In this document: one piece after another, positions 31,501-32,000 of the stretch | Layout: every line of letters starts with the position of its first letter | How positions within the stretch are numbered: the stretch's first letter is position 1 | NCBI GenBank assembly: GCA_050011565.1 | Contig: JBEKIW010000003.1 | Span: 133,765-165,764 of the forward strand | Source of the DNA: Dehalococcoidia bacterium | Lineage (GTDB): Bacteria > Chloroflexota > Dehalococcoidia > GIF9 > UBA5629 | Length of the DNA: 32,000 bases | Reading direction: 5' to 3' | The notes under the pieces: model-generated | The model's database searches: none | Told to the model about the DNA's origin: nothing | The model's input: only the letters and a program-made list of their open reading frames with translations | Made by a program: the position numbers and the translations under genes

Positions 31501-32000
31501 ATGGTAAAAACCAACGCCAGAAGAAAGAGCAACTCGGTCGTAGAAATCGACGCCCAGGACCTGCTAACGCGTGAGCTTAACATCCAGCTTAGAGAAGCAG
31601 CATCCAACGGAGCTCAGCGAATTGAGCTTCGCAATGTTTACGGGCAAAGATACATCGGCACCGATTTGAACAAGCCCGTGGAAATCGAGATATTCGGCAC
31701 TCCGGGCAACGACCTGGGAGCATTTATGGATGGACCAAAAATTACAGTTCGTGGCAATGCCCAGGATGGCTGCGGAAACACCATGAATAACGGCGAAATA
31801 ATAGTTCACGGTCACGCCGGCGATATTATTGGCCTATCGGCTCGTGGAGGAAAGATATTTGTCAAAGAGGGCGTGGGCTACCGTGCCGGCATACACATGA
31901 AGGAATACGGAGACAAAAAGCCCGTCCTGGTTATAGGTGACACAGCCCAGGACTTCCTGGGCGAATATATGGCAGGGGGAATATTAATATTACTCGGCCT
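31501..32000 (+). CDS. glutamate synthase GXGXG domain (domain 3) protein, 3' end outside the window
   Basis: Absent from the ORF track because it is open at the window edge. The ATG at 31501 lies 1 nt after the upstream TAA. My translation reads MVKTNARRKSNSVVEIDAQDL...GNAQDGCGNTMNNGEIIVHGHAGDIIGLSARGGKIFVKEGVGYRAG, showing repeated GxxG beta-helix motifs. Confidence 0.85.
   Translation, partial: MVKTNARRKSNSVVEIDAQDLLTRELNIQLREAASNGAQRIELRNVYGQRYIGTDLNKPVEIEIFGTPGNDLGAFMDGPKITVRGNAQDGCGNTMNNGEIIVHGHAGDIIGLSARGGKIFVKEGVGYRAGIHMKEYGDKKPVLVIGDTAQDFLGEYMAGGILILLG

Noticed and set aside
1-32000. Search for tRNA, rRNA, a riboswitch, transposase/integrase genes, or known defence, toxin-antitoxin or secondary-metabolite gene clusters
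   Set aside because: I found no T-loop/acceptor-type tRNA signatures (GGTTCGAAT-like) and no rRNA-like stretches. No ORF shows DDE/tyrosine-recombinase, Cas, restriction-modification, toxin-antitoxin or biosynthetic core motifs. The two AT-rich islets lack mobility genes.

Overview
The window is a chromosomal segment with no rRNA, tRNA, CRISPR array or transposase/integrase gene. The gene set looks like an anaerobe. A Chloroflexota/Dehalococcoidia-like source is only my guess and needs a database search.

Gene content in order:
- 1-2178: a partial SDR reductase, a small membrane protein and a split MaoC/HadAB-like hot-dog hydratase pair.
- 2277-3702: an AT-rich islet holding an orphan 2-TM protein, a roughly 150-bp decayed fragment of a second DAHP synthase gene, and a dodecin gene.
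- 3829-9402: an aromatic amino acid neighbourhood on the minus strand, with Thermotoga-type DAHP synthase (aroF), a PaaI thioesterase, a class I aminotransferase and indolepyruvate:ferredoxin oxidoreductase (iorBA).
- 9563-12118: asd, an SRPBCC/Aha1 protein and DegV.
- 12232-18009: a MacB-type ABC exporter operon with two tandem, unusually long HlyD-type adaptor paralogs.
- 18278-25349: a putative envelope-signalling module. It holds two paralogous secreted LTXXQ-motif proteins, a DHA2 MFS transporter, a small membrane protein, a wHTH protein, a zinc-ribbon Q/N-rich protein and an OmpR-type RR/HK pair.
- 25539-32000: an operon for a split archaeal/Thermotoga-type glutamate synthase (ferredoxin, FAD/NAD oxidoreductase, GATase-II, FMN and GXGXG domains as separate genes) with hisH and hisF interleaved.

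Most interesting signals, all read by eye:
1. A candidate ribosome-mediated attenuator lies upstream of aroF. It has its own promoter, a 29-32 codon leader ORF with the run Y-S-W-F-F-F-G-F-W-F, a candidate antiterminator and an intrinsic terminator.
2. A conserved tandem 11-bp direct repeat (WWYTTAAYAWT x2) sits 7 nt upstream of a candidate -10 hexamer at four promoters (at the fourth the best hexamer is 5 nt away). This suggests a regulon for the adjacent response regulator that includes the exporter operon.
3. A composite REP-like hairpin element occurs as an inverted pair bracketing the ior operon.

No homology search, RNA folding or statistics could be run. Family calls rest on motifs I recognise in the translations.
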